From Candidatus Fermentibacterota bacterium (GTDB lineage: Bacteria > Fermentibacterota > Fermentibacteria > Fermentibacterales > JCC-6): 62,530 nt of DNA. The first letter of the stretch is position 1, and each line of letters starts with the position of its first letter. The translations under genes were made by a program, and so were the position numbers. The notes below the pieces were generated by a model. The model saw only the letters and a list, made by a program, of their open reading frames with translations. It did not search any database and was not told the origin of the DNA. Where the stretch lies: the NCBI GenBank assembly GCA_029571005.1, contig JAKPTG010000115.1, positions 1 to 62,530 on the forward strand. The letters are read 5' to 3'. Below are positions 19,969-29,272 of the stretch, one piece after another.

Positions 19969-20685
19969 ATGCGCCTGACAATCGGTCTTCTTCTGATTGT
20001 GTCTGCGGCGGTGTTCGCCCAGGCTCCTCCGGAGAACGTTCTCGTCTGGTACGACAACTATGGAGGTTACGGCAACGCGGTCCTGACCGCCATCGGTAAC
20101 CTCTGGCCCGCGGCCAATGTCCAGTCCTACACTAATAACGCGACCGGTTTCAACGCGGCCCTCAACAATCTCGGCGACGGCTGGGACATCATCGTCATTG
20201 AGGCCTGGTATTACAATCCCGGCAGCCTCTACTACGGCGGCGTGAAGGACCTGTACGACACCAGCGCCGCCAGAGTGTTCTTCTCCAGCTGGCAGATGAT
20301 GGGAAACTCCTTCTTCCTGGCCAACGCCATGGGCGTCACCAGCACTTCCAGCGTCAGCGGCGGTGTGATTCCCCACTACGCCTGGGAGGCCGGCCACGCC
20401 ATCTGTGAGGGCATCGGCGACTGGGGCTGGAATGACCCGGGCCTCGGCGTACTCAACAACAGGCTGACTGTGTCTTCCGCCACCCCCGTGACGGGCTGGA
20501 CCTCCTCCCCCGGAGCCGGCCAGGCGGGCATCTGCGTGGCCAACGACGGCCGCAGCGTGATCAGCGGTTTCACTCCGGCCTACGCCAACGAGGCCGTTGA
20601 CATCTGGGAGAACATCCTGGACTTCATGTGGCCTACCACCTCCCTCACCAGAACCTCCTGGGGCGAGATCAAGGCATCCTTCTGA
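19969..20685 (+). CDS. Secreted hypothetical protein (238 aa)
   Basis: Signal peptide MRLTIGLLLIVSAAVFAQA. No family motif recognised. Ends ...SWGEIKASF. Flanked by its own promoter-like element and a terminator. Confidence 0.75.
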   Translation: MRLTIGLLLIVSAAVFAQAPPENVLVWYDNYGGYGNAVLTAIGNLWPAANVQSYTNNATGFNAALNNLGDGWDIIVIEAWYYNPGSLYYGGVKDLYDTSAARVFFSSWQMMGNSFFLANAMGVTSTSSVSGGVIPHYAWEAGHAICEGIGDWGWNDPGLGVLNNRLTVSSATPVTGWTSSPGAGQAGICVANDGRSVISGFTPAYANEAVDIWENILDFMWPTTSLTRTSWGEIKASF

Positions 20686-20700
20686 TCCTGCGTGAATGAG

Positions 20701-20734
20701 AAGGGGCGGAGGCGAGAGCCTCCGCCCCTTTTGC
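20701..20734. terminator. Bidirectional intrinsic terminator between convergent genes
   Basis: GGGGCGGAGGC-GAGA-GCCTCCGCCCC (20703-20728), followed by TTTTGC on the + strand and TTCTCATTC on the - strand. Confidence 0.8.
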
Positions 20735-20752
20735 ATGTGTCCGTGTCCGGGG

Positions 20753-20998
20753 CTACTCCCTGGCCCTCGCTTCGTTCACCCTGAGTTCCCTTCCCAGGAA
20801 CTCGGCCCCTTCGGCGCCCTTGATGGCCGCCTGGGCCTGGGCGGCGTCGGGCATCTCCACGAAACCGAAGCCCCTGGAGCGCCCGGTCTCCCGGTCGGTG
20901 ATGATCCGGGCGGCGCTTACGGTTCCGAAACGCTCGAAGAAGGCTTTGAGTTCTTCCTCCGTGGCCTTGTAGGACAGATTTCCGATGTACAGATTCAC
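20753..20998 (-). CDS. RRM-domain RNA-binding protein
   Basis: RNP2 LYIGNL and RNP1 RGFGFVEM. GTG at 20998 is preceded by GAAAGGA; ATG at 21028 is an alternative start. Confidence 0.85.
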   Translation of the reverse strand: MNLYIGNLSYKATEEELKAFFERFGTVSAARIITDRETGRSRGFGFVEMPDAAQAQAAIKGAEGAEFLGRELRVNEARARE

Positions 20999-21110
20999 TG
21001 GATAACGATCCTTTCGCTGCGGTGCCATGATTCCATATCGGGGCGCCGGCTCATGACACGGGAACCGTTGCCCAGGCGCATAGGCCCACTGAAGGCCAGG
21101 CACGGGTCTC

Positions 21111-21140
21111 AATATATGCACACCATCTTTCCCGCTGCAA
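21111..21140 (-). promoter_or_regulatory. Candidate promoter of the RRM gene (long 5' UTR)
   Basis: On the minus strand: TTGCAG (21140-35), 18 nt spacer, TATATT (21116-11). Confidence 0.35.
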
Positions 21141-21223
21141 GGCCGTCGGAACTTCCCGGCCGCTGCGGCGTAGATTGTCATGTTCCGTCTTTCCGGGCCG
21201 GGAAGGAGAAAGGTGTCGGCGGC

Positions 21224-21691
21224 ATGTTGAAAATCCTTTTGTTTCCCGTGGTTATTGCCGGGTTGCTCTACGCCGATCCGGTCGCGGCCATGGAATCCTT
21301 CATAGATGCGGTGTACCGCTGTGATGCGGAGACGGTTTTCGGAATGCTGAGCGACGAGAACCGGGCGTCCATCACCCTGACCCTCGCCATGTCGAAGCTC
21401 CAGCCGGTCAGCGCCGCCGAGCGGCTCAGCCTGAGAATCGGCAGCCCGGTGAACGGCGGGGAACTCTCCCGCTGGACCGAGGCGGACTTTGTGAAGGCCG
21501 TTCTGGAAGCGCCCATCCTTTCAACCGTGCTCCCCCCCCGGAACACCATCACCTGCTCGGTTTCCGAGATGAAGGGCGACACCGCGGTTGTGGCCTGCCG
21601 GGCGGCCCTGCCCTCCGGGGGCGAAGGGGAGACAAGGTTCGCCCTGGTGATGCAGGGGGGCATGTGGAGAGTAGGGGAACCCTTTCTCTGA
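21224..21691 (+). CDS. Hypothetical exported protein (155 aa)
   Basis: ATG preceded by GGAAGGAGAAAGG. N-terminal hydrophobic MLKILLFPVVIAGLLYA. No catalytic motif recognised. Confidence 0.62.
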   Translation: MLKILLFPVVIAGLLYADPVAAMESFIDAVYRCDAETVFGMLSDENRASITLTLAMSKLQPVSAAERLSLRIGSPVNGGELSRWTEADFVKAVLEAPILSTVLPPRNTITCSVSEMKGDTAVVACRAALPSGGEGETRFALVMQGGMWRVGEPFL

Positions 21692-21750
21692 CGAAGTGGA
21701 GCCGTTTTCCGATTATCGCCCGGACGGGCCCGGACGGGGAGGAAAGCCGG

Positions 21751-22650
21751 TCACTCCAGCCGCACCAGCCCGAGGAAGAGCCGGTGGTACTCCACGTCGC
21801 CGACCCCCGGCGATTCCGGGATCAGACTGATGGTGCTGATCTGCCCGACCGTGGCCGGGGGAAGGGGGAAGAGCAGCCAGCGCTCCCCCCGGGGCCTTTC
21901 CATGAAAAAGGGCTCCCAGGTGTTCCATAGGGCCTCGATCTCCTGGGATTTCAGGTTTCCGCCGGCCCAGCCGCAAAGCTTTGCCAGCACACCGTCCCTT
22001 TCCAGCGGAAGCCGGGCGTTTTCTTCCCGTCCGGGGAGCGGTACGATGCGGAATTCGTTGACCGCGGGCTCCGGCCCCGTCTCCAGTATCAACCCCTCCG
22101 GCGAGAAGAAGCCCGCCAGCTGAATGCCGTTTTCCACCACCGTGTTCATCCTGGCGTGAAAGCCGTCGGGAATCGCGGTCTCGTAGTACAGGAACCGGTC
22201 CAGGTAGCCGCCGTCGTCGCCGTACAGGTCCAGGCATGGAACATCTCGCCAGTGTTCCATAGCCCAGGCAAAGGGAGTGTTTTCCGGGACGACCGGGGAA
22301 GGGACCTTTTCGAAGGGGCGGGGCATCCGGCCCTCTATCCGCCAGACGGCCGCAATCGGGGCGGCGTCCTGTGGCTTGCCCCGGGGCTCCGGGTACGCCG
22401 CGGAGATGAAGCCCATCTCCGCCCTGGCGGTGAAGGTGCCGGTGAAGGGCGCCCCATGGAACCAGACCACCGGAGCGTCCACCAGAACCATGCCGAAGGG
22501 GTCGAATCCGTAGGTGTCCTCCGGCGCTCCGGTTGCCGTGGTGCCCGATGAGGAGAAGGTCACCACCCCCCACTCGTGAACCCTGATCATAGTGAAGTCT
22601 TCCGGCGGCATCACGGTGTCCGCCAGGAAAGGGAAGAGGATGGGCAGCAT
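21751..22650 (-). CDS. Uncharacterised protein, paralogue B of the HEWGV/FLYYET/ALWNTW family
   Basis: Internal ATG at 22650 lies 8 nt after AAAGGAGG and 16 nt after the paralogue A stop. Shares the HEWGV, APVVWFHG.PFTGT, FLYYET and EALWNTW motifs with 22667..23593. Confidence 0.7.
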   Translation of the reverse strand: MLPILFPFLADTVMPPEDFTMIRVHEWGVVTFSSSGTTATGAPEDTYGFDPFGMVLVDAPVVWFHGAPFTGTFTARAEMGFISAAYPEPRGKPQDAAPIAAVWRIEGRMPRPFEKVPSPVVPENTPFAWAMEHWRDVPCLDLYGDDGGYLDRFLYYETAIPDGFHARMNTVVENGIQLAGFFSPEGLILETGPEPAVNEFRIVPLPGREENARLPLERDGVLAKLCGWAGGNLKSQEIEALWNTWEPFFMERPRGERWLLFPLPPATVGQISTISLIPESPGVGDVEYHRLFLGLVRLE

Positions 22651-22666
22651 AGGGAGCGCCTCCTTT

Positions 22667-23593
22667 CTAAAGGGGCACGGCGGCGAGGATGTAGCGCCTC
22701 GTCCGGACAGGGAAGGGCGAGGGAGATTCGACTTCCGCACCGATGACACTGATCCGGTCCAGGAGTTCCTCCGGAACCGGGTAAATGACCATTCCCCGGC
22801 GGTAGGCCGGGTCGTCCCGGTGCCCGTGGCAGATCCACCCGGTCCAGGTGTTCCAGAGAGCGTCCACCTCCTCCAGGTCTATCAGGTTCCGTGACCATTC
22901 CCTGAGTACGTTGTGGACCTTGTCGGGGTGCATGTCCTCCCATTCCGGAAGCGCCGTGTCCGCCAGGTCGCCCAGGCGGCATGAGGTCCAGACCGGGCCC
23001 CGGTCGGCCTGCCTGATCACCAGGGCCGGGATATTCTCCCATCGGGCCGCCACCGGTTCCGCACCGGGAAGGCAGGGCAGGAAGTCCAGCCTTTCCGGGA
23101 CGGTTTCGTAGTAAAGGAATTCCTCGGACCAGCCGCAGGGAGACTTACAGACCATACCCTGGCCCGTTCGCCATAGATCGCGGAACCGGGGCGCCCCTGC
23201 GTCCGCTCCGGGGTTGTTCAGCGGGGCCGCCGTTTCCAGCAGGCGGGAATCGGGGCGGGAGTAGCCGAAACTCCCGTACCAGGAGCACGATTCCCGGCCC
23301 GCCCCCCCGGAGGAAGCCTCGGGATACACCGCGGACACCGTTCCGTTGTCCGTGGTCACGGTGACCGTTCCCGTGAACTCGGGCCCGTGGAAGTAGAGGA
23401 CCGGTGCCCGGAGCAGGGCGCCCCCGTCCCCGACGGGGGGAAGGGTTTCCGGAGCGCCCGAAAAGACGGCCCCGGGGCCGCTCCAGGACAGCACTCCCCA
23501 TTCATGGATCGTCACCGGCATCAGCTCCCTGTCAGCAGCCTTCGCGGGCATGGCGAAAAAAACCGCCGCGGCCGCAAGCCAAAGCATTTTCAT
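22667..23593 (-). CDS. Uncharacterised exported protein, paralogue A of the HEWGV/FLYYET/ALWNTW family
   Basis: Signal peptide MKMLWLAAAAVFFAMPAKA and strong RBS AGGAGGTG. Motifs IHEWGV, APVLYFHGPEFTGT, FLYYET and DALWNTW. Confidence 0.75.
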   Translation of the reverse strand: MKMLWLAAAAVFFAMPAKAADRELMPVTIHEWGVLSWSGPGAVFSGAPETLPPVGDGGALLRAPVLYFHGPEFTGTVTVTTDNGTVSAVYPEASSGGAGRESCSWYGSFGYSRPDSRLLETAAPLNNPGADAGAPRFRDLWRTGQGMVCKSPCGWSEEFLYYETVPERLDFLPCLPGAEPVAARWENIPALVIRQADRGPVWTSCRLGDLADTALPEWEDMHPDKVHNVLREWSRNLIDLEEVDALWNTWTGWICHGHRDDPAYRRGMVIYPVPEELLDRISVIGAEVESPSPFPVRTRRYILAAVPL

Positions 23594-23639
23594 GAAACCA
23601 CCTCCTGAGTGTTACCGTGATACGCCCGACGCCGGCCTT

Positions 23640-24401
23640 TCATTCCCCTACCCGGAAAACGACGGGGATATGGTCCGACGGTTTTTCCCAGGATCTTGGA
23701 GCCGGGTCGAGCCGGACATCCCGAAACAGCGCCGAGGCATCCCGGTTGGCCAGCACCAGGTCCAGGCGCATCCCCATGTTTCTCCTGAACGCCCCGGCCC
23801 GGTAGTCCCACCAGGTGTACGCCTTGCCCTTCGGGTGGAACCTTCGGAAAACATCCTCGAAACCGGCGTCGAGAAAAGCCTGTATCCTCCGCCTTTCCAG
23901 GGGATGGTAGCACACCGTTCCATCCTGCGTCCCGGGTGAATGGGTGTCTTCGGGGCCCGGGGCCACGTTGAAGTCTCCGAGTACCACCGTCGGGCCGGGG
24001 AGGGAGAGGGCGGCCTTCAGCAGTTCTTCCAGCCATTCCAGTTTTTGTGGGAATGAAGGCAGTTCCACGGCGCCGCCGTTGGGTACGTAGGCGTTCAGGA
24101 AATTTATTCCCTCCAGGGTGAACCGGAGAAGCCTGGCCTGGTCCCCCATAAAGCCCGAGGGAAGCCCCCGGCTGACGTTCGAAGGGGCCTTCCTGCTCAG
24201 GACCGCGACCCCGTTGTAGGTTTTCTGCCCGAAAACCGTGGAAAGGTAACCCGCGGCCAGGAAACTCTCCGCGGGGAAGAGGTCGTCGCTCACCTTCGTT
24301 TCCTGCAGGCACAGGAAATCCACGGGGTTTTCCGAGAGCCAGCGGAGCACCTGCTCCAGCCGCGCCCTGACGGAGTTCACGTTCCAGGTGGCGCCGATCA
24401 T
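23640..24401 (-). CDS. xth: Exodeoxyribonuclease III
   Basis: MIGATWNVNS, FLCLQETK, GDFNVAP and PSDHIPV catalytic motifs. ATG at 24401 follows GGGAGGGAAAC. Confidence 0.9.
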   Translation of the reverse strand: MIGATWNVNSVRARLEQVLRWLSENPVDFLCLQETKVSDDLFPAESFLAAGYLSTVFGQKTYNGVAVLSRKAPSNVSRGLPSGFMGDQARLLRFTLEGINFLNAYVPNGGAVELPSFPQKLEWLEELLKAALSLPGPTVVLGDFNVAPGPEDTHSPGTQDGTVCYHPLERRRIQAFLDAGFEDVFRRFHPKGKAYTWWDYRAGAFRRNMGMRLDLVLANRDASALFRDVRLDPAPRSWEKPSDHIPVVFRVGE

Positions 24402-24482
24402 GTTTCCCTCCCTCGACTGTATGGCCCCGGCTCTCCCCGTAAAGTAAAATACAACCCTGAACACCGGAAGGGAGGGCAACGA

Positions 24483-26108
24483 ATGGGCTCACCGAGTCGG
24501 GCCGGGAAATCCGCGCTCCTTGCGGCCGTCCTTGTCGCGGGGTTTCTTGTCAGGGGGCACGTCGCCCTGAGGCATCCGGCTCCCGCCGGGGATGGAGGCG
24601 CGGCATACATCCTCCTGGCGGACAATCTCAACCGCGGCCTTGGATTCACGACCTACCTGAAGTGGACCCTTTACGATCCCTCCACGGCGCACCTCCGGCC
24701 CGAGGCTAATCGGCAACCCCTCTTTCCGCTTCTTCTGTCGGGGGTGTTCCGGCTCACCGGCCCCGGCATGAGACCCGCCCAGGCCCTGGCGCTGGTCGTG
24801 GGGGTGCTTTTTCTGCTGGCGTTCTACCGGTGGGCCGCGGGAACGGTGGGGACGGAGGCCGCCCTTTTCTCCCTGGCCTTCCTGGCCCTGGACCCGCCCT
24901 TCGTCTGGTTCAGCACCCAGCCCGACAGTCTTCTCCTCTACTCCACCCTGGTGTTTATCGCCCTGGCTGCAGTCGGCCGCGGTGAGATCTCCGCCGGAAA
25001 GGCCTGCCTGCTGGGGCTCGTTTCCGGCGCCGCCTACCTGGCCAGGACCCAGGGGCTCCTTCTGGTGTTTTCCATGGGTGTCCTGACCCTGGCCCGGGGG
25101 GGGCGGAGGCGGTTTGTCAAAACCGTCCTCCTCCTTGCGGTGTTCGCCGCGGTGTCGCTTCCCTGGTTTGTCAGGAACGTAAAGGCCTTCGGAAACCCCG
25201 TTCACAGTCAGAACGGCCAGTTCGTCATGAACGAGAACCACTGGTCCGCCTGGAGCGTCCGGGACACCCCTCCGGGGCCCGGCGACATGCTCAGGAACCA
25301 GGGGGCCGCCGCCTGCGCCCTATTCCTGCTCCGGGGCGCCCTGAGGGTGATGGAGCCATTCACCGTGGGAACCGGTCACCGGGGGGAAGTCTTCGGGCAG
25401 CCCACCCTGGCTGTGTTCCTGCTGTTCGCCCTGTGGAGCGCCGGCGACCCGGCGGCCCGGAAGCGGATGCTTCCTTCCCTTGTCGTGGCGTTGCCGATCA
25501 TCGCGGCCCTTACGGTTCATCAGCACAGTGGGAGGTATCTGGCGCCGGTGTACGCCATGACCGCCGCCTTCGGGGCGGCGGGGATTCTGAGGCTCGGTGC
25601 GGAACGGAAGGGATTGACTGCGGCGGCGGTGGTGGTCATCGCCATGACTTTGGCGAGACCCCTGGCGGCCCTGGCGGTGTCGGAGAACAGGGGCAGGGGC
25701 GACGAAGCCCTTCTTGGAGCGGTCTGGATAAGGGATCACGTCCCGGAGGGGACATGGGTCGTCACTTACCCGAATGTCGAGTTGTACCACTGGGTTTACC
25801 GCAGGCCCACCCTTACCTGGCCCAACGATTACGAGGCGCTCCTGTGGCCGTACCTGGAAAGGCACGGCGCCGAGTATCTGGTGGTGGACAGGGATCTTCC
25901 GACGTGCCGGCCCTGGCTCTCCCGGCGGTGGAGGCGGTCGCCGGACGGCTTGGAATGGGATGTTACGGCCCCTCCCGGTTTTCTCGACGAAGTCTGGAGA
26001 AGCCCGTCCGGGGGAACCCTGATCTACCGTTTCACCGGAAGGGTTCCGGAGGGCTTCATGGCGGTGGACAGCCTTCCCCCGGACAACCGGAGGGCTCTGG
26101 GGCCCTGA
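24483..26108 (+). CDS. GT39/GT83-like (ArnT/PMT-type) integral membrane glycosyltransferase
   Basis: 541 aa and polytopic. The N-terminal loop GDGGAYILLADNL plus roughly 10 or more hydrophobic segments resemble the dolichyl/undecaprenyl-phosphate sugar transferase fold. Confidence 0.75.
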   Translation: MGSPSRAGKSALLAAVLVAGFLVRGHVALRHPAPAGDGGAAYILLADNLNRGLGFTTYLKWTLYDPSTAHLRPEANRQPLFPLLLSGVFRLTGPGMRPAQALALVVGVLFLLAFYRWAAGTVGTEAALFSLAFLALDPPFVWFSTQPDSLLLYSTLVFIALAAVGRGEISAGKACLLGLVSGAAYLARTQGLLLVFSMGVLTLARGGRRRFVKTVLLLAVFAAVSLPWFVRNVKAFGNPVHSQNGQFVMNENHWSAWSVRDTPPGPGDMLRNQGAAACALFLLRGALRVMEPFTVGTGHRGEVFGQPTLAVFLLFALWSAGDPAARKRMLPSLVVALPIIAALTVHQHSGRYLAPVYAMTAAFGAAGILRLGAERKGLTAAAVVVIAMTLARPLAALAVSENRGRGDEALLGAVWIRDHVPEGTWVVTYPNVELYHWVYRRPTLTWPNDYEALLWPYLERHGAEYLVVDRDLPTCRPWLSRRWRRSPDGLEWDVTAPPGFLDEVWRSPSGGTLIYRFTGRVPEGFMAVDSLPPDNRRALGP

Positions 26109-26128
26109 GGATACTGGAGGTTTGCGAC

Positions 26129-27217
26129 ATGGCGCCGTTCATCATGCTTGTCCTGCTGTCTTCTCCGGTCACCGGTCTTTCGGCGGACCCGGCGTCGGCG
26201 GCGCTGGAGGTTCTCTCCGGCATGGGCATTGCCGGGCTGGAGGTCCGGGGGGTCCGGAGGATCGAGGCTCCCCTGGGCGGAACCCTGGTGGACGTGACCG
26301 GAACTGAAGACGGGATTTTCACGGCCTACCGGGCGGGAATCGAGGACGGCACCGGCGAATTGTTCACCCTGATATCCTTCGGGGAGGACCTGTCCTGGCG
26401 CCCCTCGCCGGACTCTTCACCGGAGGACCGGCCGGCCCTGGAGTTCCTTCTGGAAGACAGGGAGTTGTTCATCAGCCTGGTCCTTCTTCCCCCCGGAGCC
26501 ATTCTGGCCCAAGGCGACGGCGTCTCCTGGCAGGGAATGCTGGACAGCCTCTCCCGGGCGGACGTGGTGCTGGTGGGCGAGGCCCACGACGATCCCCTGG
26601 CCCACAGGTGGGAGCTGTTCATCTGGGCCTGTCTGGCTTCGCCGGACAGGTTCCTGGCGCTGGAGATGTTCGAAACCGACGTTCAGGGACCGCTGGACGA
26701 CTATCTGTCGGGGAATTGCGCTCTTGAGGAGTTTCTCCGGGATTCCCGGCCCTGGGGCAATTATCGGGAGGACTATTCGCCCATGGTTGAGTACGCCCGG
26801 AAGCAGGGATTCCGGGTGATCGCCGCTAACGTTCCGAGACCCCTGGCCGCGGCGGTGGCCCGGGAAGGCTGGGCGGCCCTGGCCGACGAGCCCTTCTTCG
26901 GTGAGATGGAGGTGGATTCTTCAAACGTCCTCTACAGGGAGCGTTTTCTGGCCACGATGGAGGCCCTGGGGGGAGGGATGCACGGGATGACCATGGATCT
27001 CATGAATCTGTACAGGGCACAGCTTCTGAAGGATGCGGTGATGGCTTCCTCGGCGGCCGGGAACCGCTGTGTGCTGGTCTGCGGTTCCTTCCACAGCGAT
27101 TACCGGTCCGGAATTCCAGACCAGCTCCCCCCGGATGTGTCCTTCCTGACGGTGAAGATTCTCCCGGAGGGGGAACCCATGGACCCTGAGGCGGCGGATT
27201 TCGTCGTGGTCCGGTGA
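26129..27217 (+). CDS. ChaN/Tiki-superfamily protein
   Basis: VVLVGEAHDDPLAHRWEL...FLALEMFETDVQGPLDDYL...CGSFHSDY match the ChaN (haem-binding uptake/Tiki) motifs. Has an N-terminal signal sequence. Confidence 0.72.
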   Translation: MAPFIMLVLLSSPVTGLSADPASAALEVLSGMGIAGLEVRGVRRIEAPLGGTLVDVTGTEDGIFTAYRAGIEDGTGELFTLISFGEDLSWRPSPDSSPEDRPALEFLLEDRELFISLVLLPPGAILAQGDGVSWQGMLDSLSRADVVLVGEAHDDPLAHRWELFIWACLASPDRFLALEMFETDVQGPLDDYLSGNCALEEFLRDSRPWGNYREDYSPMVEYARKQGFRVIAANVPRPLAAAVAREGWAALADEPFFGEMEVDSSNVLYRERFLATMEALGGGMHGMTMDLMNLYRAQLLKDAVMASSAAGNRCVLVCGSFHSDYRSGIPDQLPPDVSFLTVKILPEGEPMDPEAADFVVVR

Positions 27218-29086
27218 TCAGCCTTCCGCCGGGTTCCTTCTGGCTTCCCTGTAGAGTTTTTTCCTCCTTGATGAGATCGCCAGCCTGAGGTCCGCCTGGG
27301 ACAGACCCGCCCCGGTGCAGAAGGACTGAAGGAATTCGGTCTCTTCCCGGGATATGGTGCCGTCCGCCAGGGCCATCTCCACCATCTCTCCCAGGACGGC
27401 CATGGCTTCCTCGGTTCCGGAGACCGCCGGGGGCCCCTGCCCCTGCATGGCCGCCGCCATGATACCGGCCAGCCTGTCCGGCCGGATACCTCGGGAAGCG
27501 GCGAAGCCTTCCAGCAGCCGGTGCTCCCGCTCATCAACGGTTCCGTCCGCATACATGGTCGCCACCATGGCCGCGAGGATCAGCTCCGGGTCCGGCATAT
27601 GCGCCGCGGCGCCGGTGGAGGCTCCGGCCCGGAAGACCGATATGTCCTCCAGCACCCAGTTTCCGGATCCGTCGTTCAGAAGCCTGCCGCAGTATTCGCA
27701 GCTTCCCTTCTCCCCCCCGGTGTAGGGGGCTCCGCAGCCGGGGCAGTGGGCAGAGTGGAAGTCGCCTCCGGTTCGGGTTTTGACTCCGGATTTCCGCGCC
27801 AGGGTGAAGACCTGGGGCCTGATGCTTCGGTCGCCGGAGCCGCGGGTTCTGCCCTCTTCCGTACGCCACCGGTTCCAGGCGGACCATTTCACCAGCACTC
27901 TGACCCGGTCGTAATCGTCACCGGGGACCACCTCCAGCACGTTCACCGAACCCACCGCCGCATCATGGAAGTAGAGGTGCCAGTCGTTCTCCCGGGTCTG
28001 CCTGAGGGTCGCGGAAAAAGCGGCCGTGAATTCAGGCAGGGCCACCTTGCCCATGGCGCCGGGGTTCCCGTCGAAGTAGCTCTTCACGTACCTCCAGAAG
28101 ATCACCGAAGCGGCGTCCTCCATGGGCGCCAGGGCGAAGCCCGGGTCCCGGGCGGCCATCTCGGAAAAGCCCGGAACACTCGAGGGCGCCGCAGACGGCG
28201 TCCAAACGCTTTCCTGGGTGATTCCCGTAAGAATCCAGTCGAAGCTGCCGCTGGTCACATGGGCCCCGCAATGGCGGCACACCCCGGCGTTGCTGATCTC
28301 CAGGGGAGCGGCGCAGTTCGGGCAGGAGCCCCGGAACAGGCCGCCCTCTTCCCGGGTGACCGCCCCGGTTTTTCTGAGAAAAGTCCAGTATTCGTGGAAA
28401 TCACCCCGGGCGTTGCTCCTGATTCTTTTCCCGGTGGCGGTGTCAATATCGGTGTCGTCGGCCTCGGCGTGGATATGGGCGTGAAGGGTCTGGAACCATC
28501 GGTCGGCATCGGCGCCGGCGATTCCCACATCCAGCACTTTGACGTTTTCCATGGCGTTCCTGAACCCCATAGCCCTCTGCATCTGGAACTGAATCTCGAA
28601 CCTCTCCCTGACGCCGTCGCTTATGTAAGCCCCGACGCCGGACAGGTCCTGGGAACCCCAGGCCTGCTGTATGGCCAGAAACGCACCGGAGACGGTCTCT
28701 TTGAATCCATCCTCTGAAAAGCCCGGGTCGGCGGACTTCAGGGCTTCCAGCTCCACCGCGCCCCGGGCCGCCGCCGCATCCCTCCGGGCGGCGGTGGTGC
28801 GGGCGATGTAATTCTCCTGTGCCTTTCTGTGCTTCTTCTGCAGCACTATGAAAGCCGCCACGATTCCGATGGTGAGGGGGATGCCGATGCAGGGCTGCTG
28901 AACGCAGAGCCTTATCAGAAAATACACAAGGAAGCCAAGGCCGTCGCCATCTCCTCCGATTCCTTCTCCGTCGCTTCCTCCGCCGAAGCTCTGGCCTCCG
29001 CCCGCCCGGGCCAGAGCGGTTCCCGCAGCCAGAAGCACCGGCAGCGCCGTGAGACCGCGGATGACGAGCCTGTTTTTCCTCTTCAA
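27218..29086 (-). CDS. Membrane protein with two Tim44-like domains, two CxxC zinc ribbons and a C-terminal TerB-like domain
   Basis: 622 aa, TTG start with RBS GGAAGGGGCGGGG. Layout: signal peptide, Gly-rich stretch and TM; two Tim44-like segments, each followed by CPxC...C.xCG; C-terminal MYADGTVDEREHRLLE / ALADGTISREETEFL TerB repeats. Confidence 0.75.
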   Translation of the reverse strand: MKRKNRLVIRGLTALPVLLAAGTALARAGGGQSFGGGSDGEGIGGDGDGLGFLVYFLIRLCVQQPCIGIPLTIGIVAAFIVLQKKHRKAQENYIARTTAARRDAAAARGAVELEALKSADPGFSEDGFKETVSGAFLAIQQAWGSQDLSGVGAYISDGVRERFEIQFQMQRAMGFRNAMENVKVLDVGIAGADADRWFQTLHAHIHAEADDTDIDTATGKRIRSNARGDFHEYWTFLRKTGAVTREEGGLFRGSCPNCAAPLEISNAGVCRHCGAHVTSGSFDWILTGITQESVWTPSAAPSSVPGFSEMAARDPGFALAPMEDAASVIFWRYVKSYFDGNPGAMGKVALPEFTAAFSATLRQTRENDWHLYFHDAAVGSVNVLEVVPGDDYDRVRVLVKWSAWNRWRTEEGRTRGSGDRSIRPQVFTLARKSGVKTRTGGDFHSAHCPGCGAPYTGGEKGSCEYCGRLLNDGSGNWVLEDISVFRAGASTGAAAHMPDPELILAAMVATMYADGTVDEREHRLLEGFAASRGIRPDRLAGIMAAAMQGQGPPAVSGTEEAMAVLGEMVEMALADGTISREETEFLQSFCTGAGLSQADLRLAISSRRKKLYREARRNPAEG

Positions 29087-29179
29087 CCCCGCCCCTTCCG
29101 AAATCCGAACCTGTGAAAAACCTTTCGTAGTCTAAGCCCCGGGCCGGTTCCCTGTCCATAGCACGGTTTCAGCGCTTGT

Positions 29180-29208
29180 TTGACAAAGAAGTTTTCCTTA
29201 GCGATTAT
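29180..29208 (+). promoter_or_regulatory. Candidate promoter of the HK-porX string
   Basis: TTGACA (29180-85), 17 nt spacer, GATTAT (29203-08). Confidence 0.35.
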
Positions 29209-29272
29209 GCTGTTTTCCGGTCCCGGGAGATACCCGGGACGGCAAGCGGCGGCGGGCCGAGGGGGGCATGCG

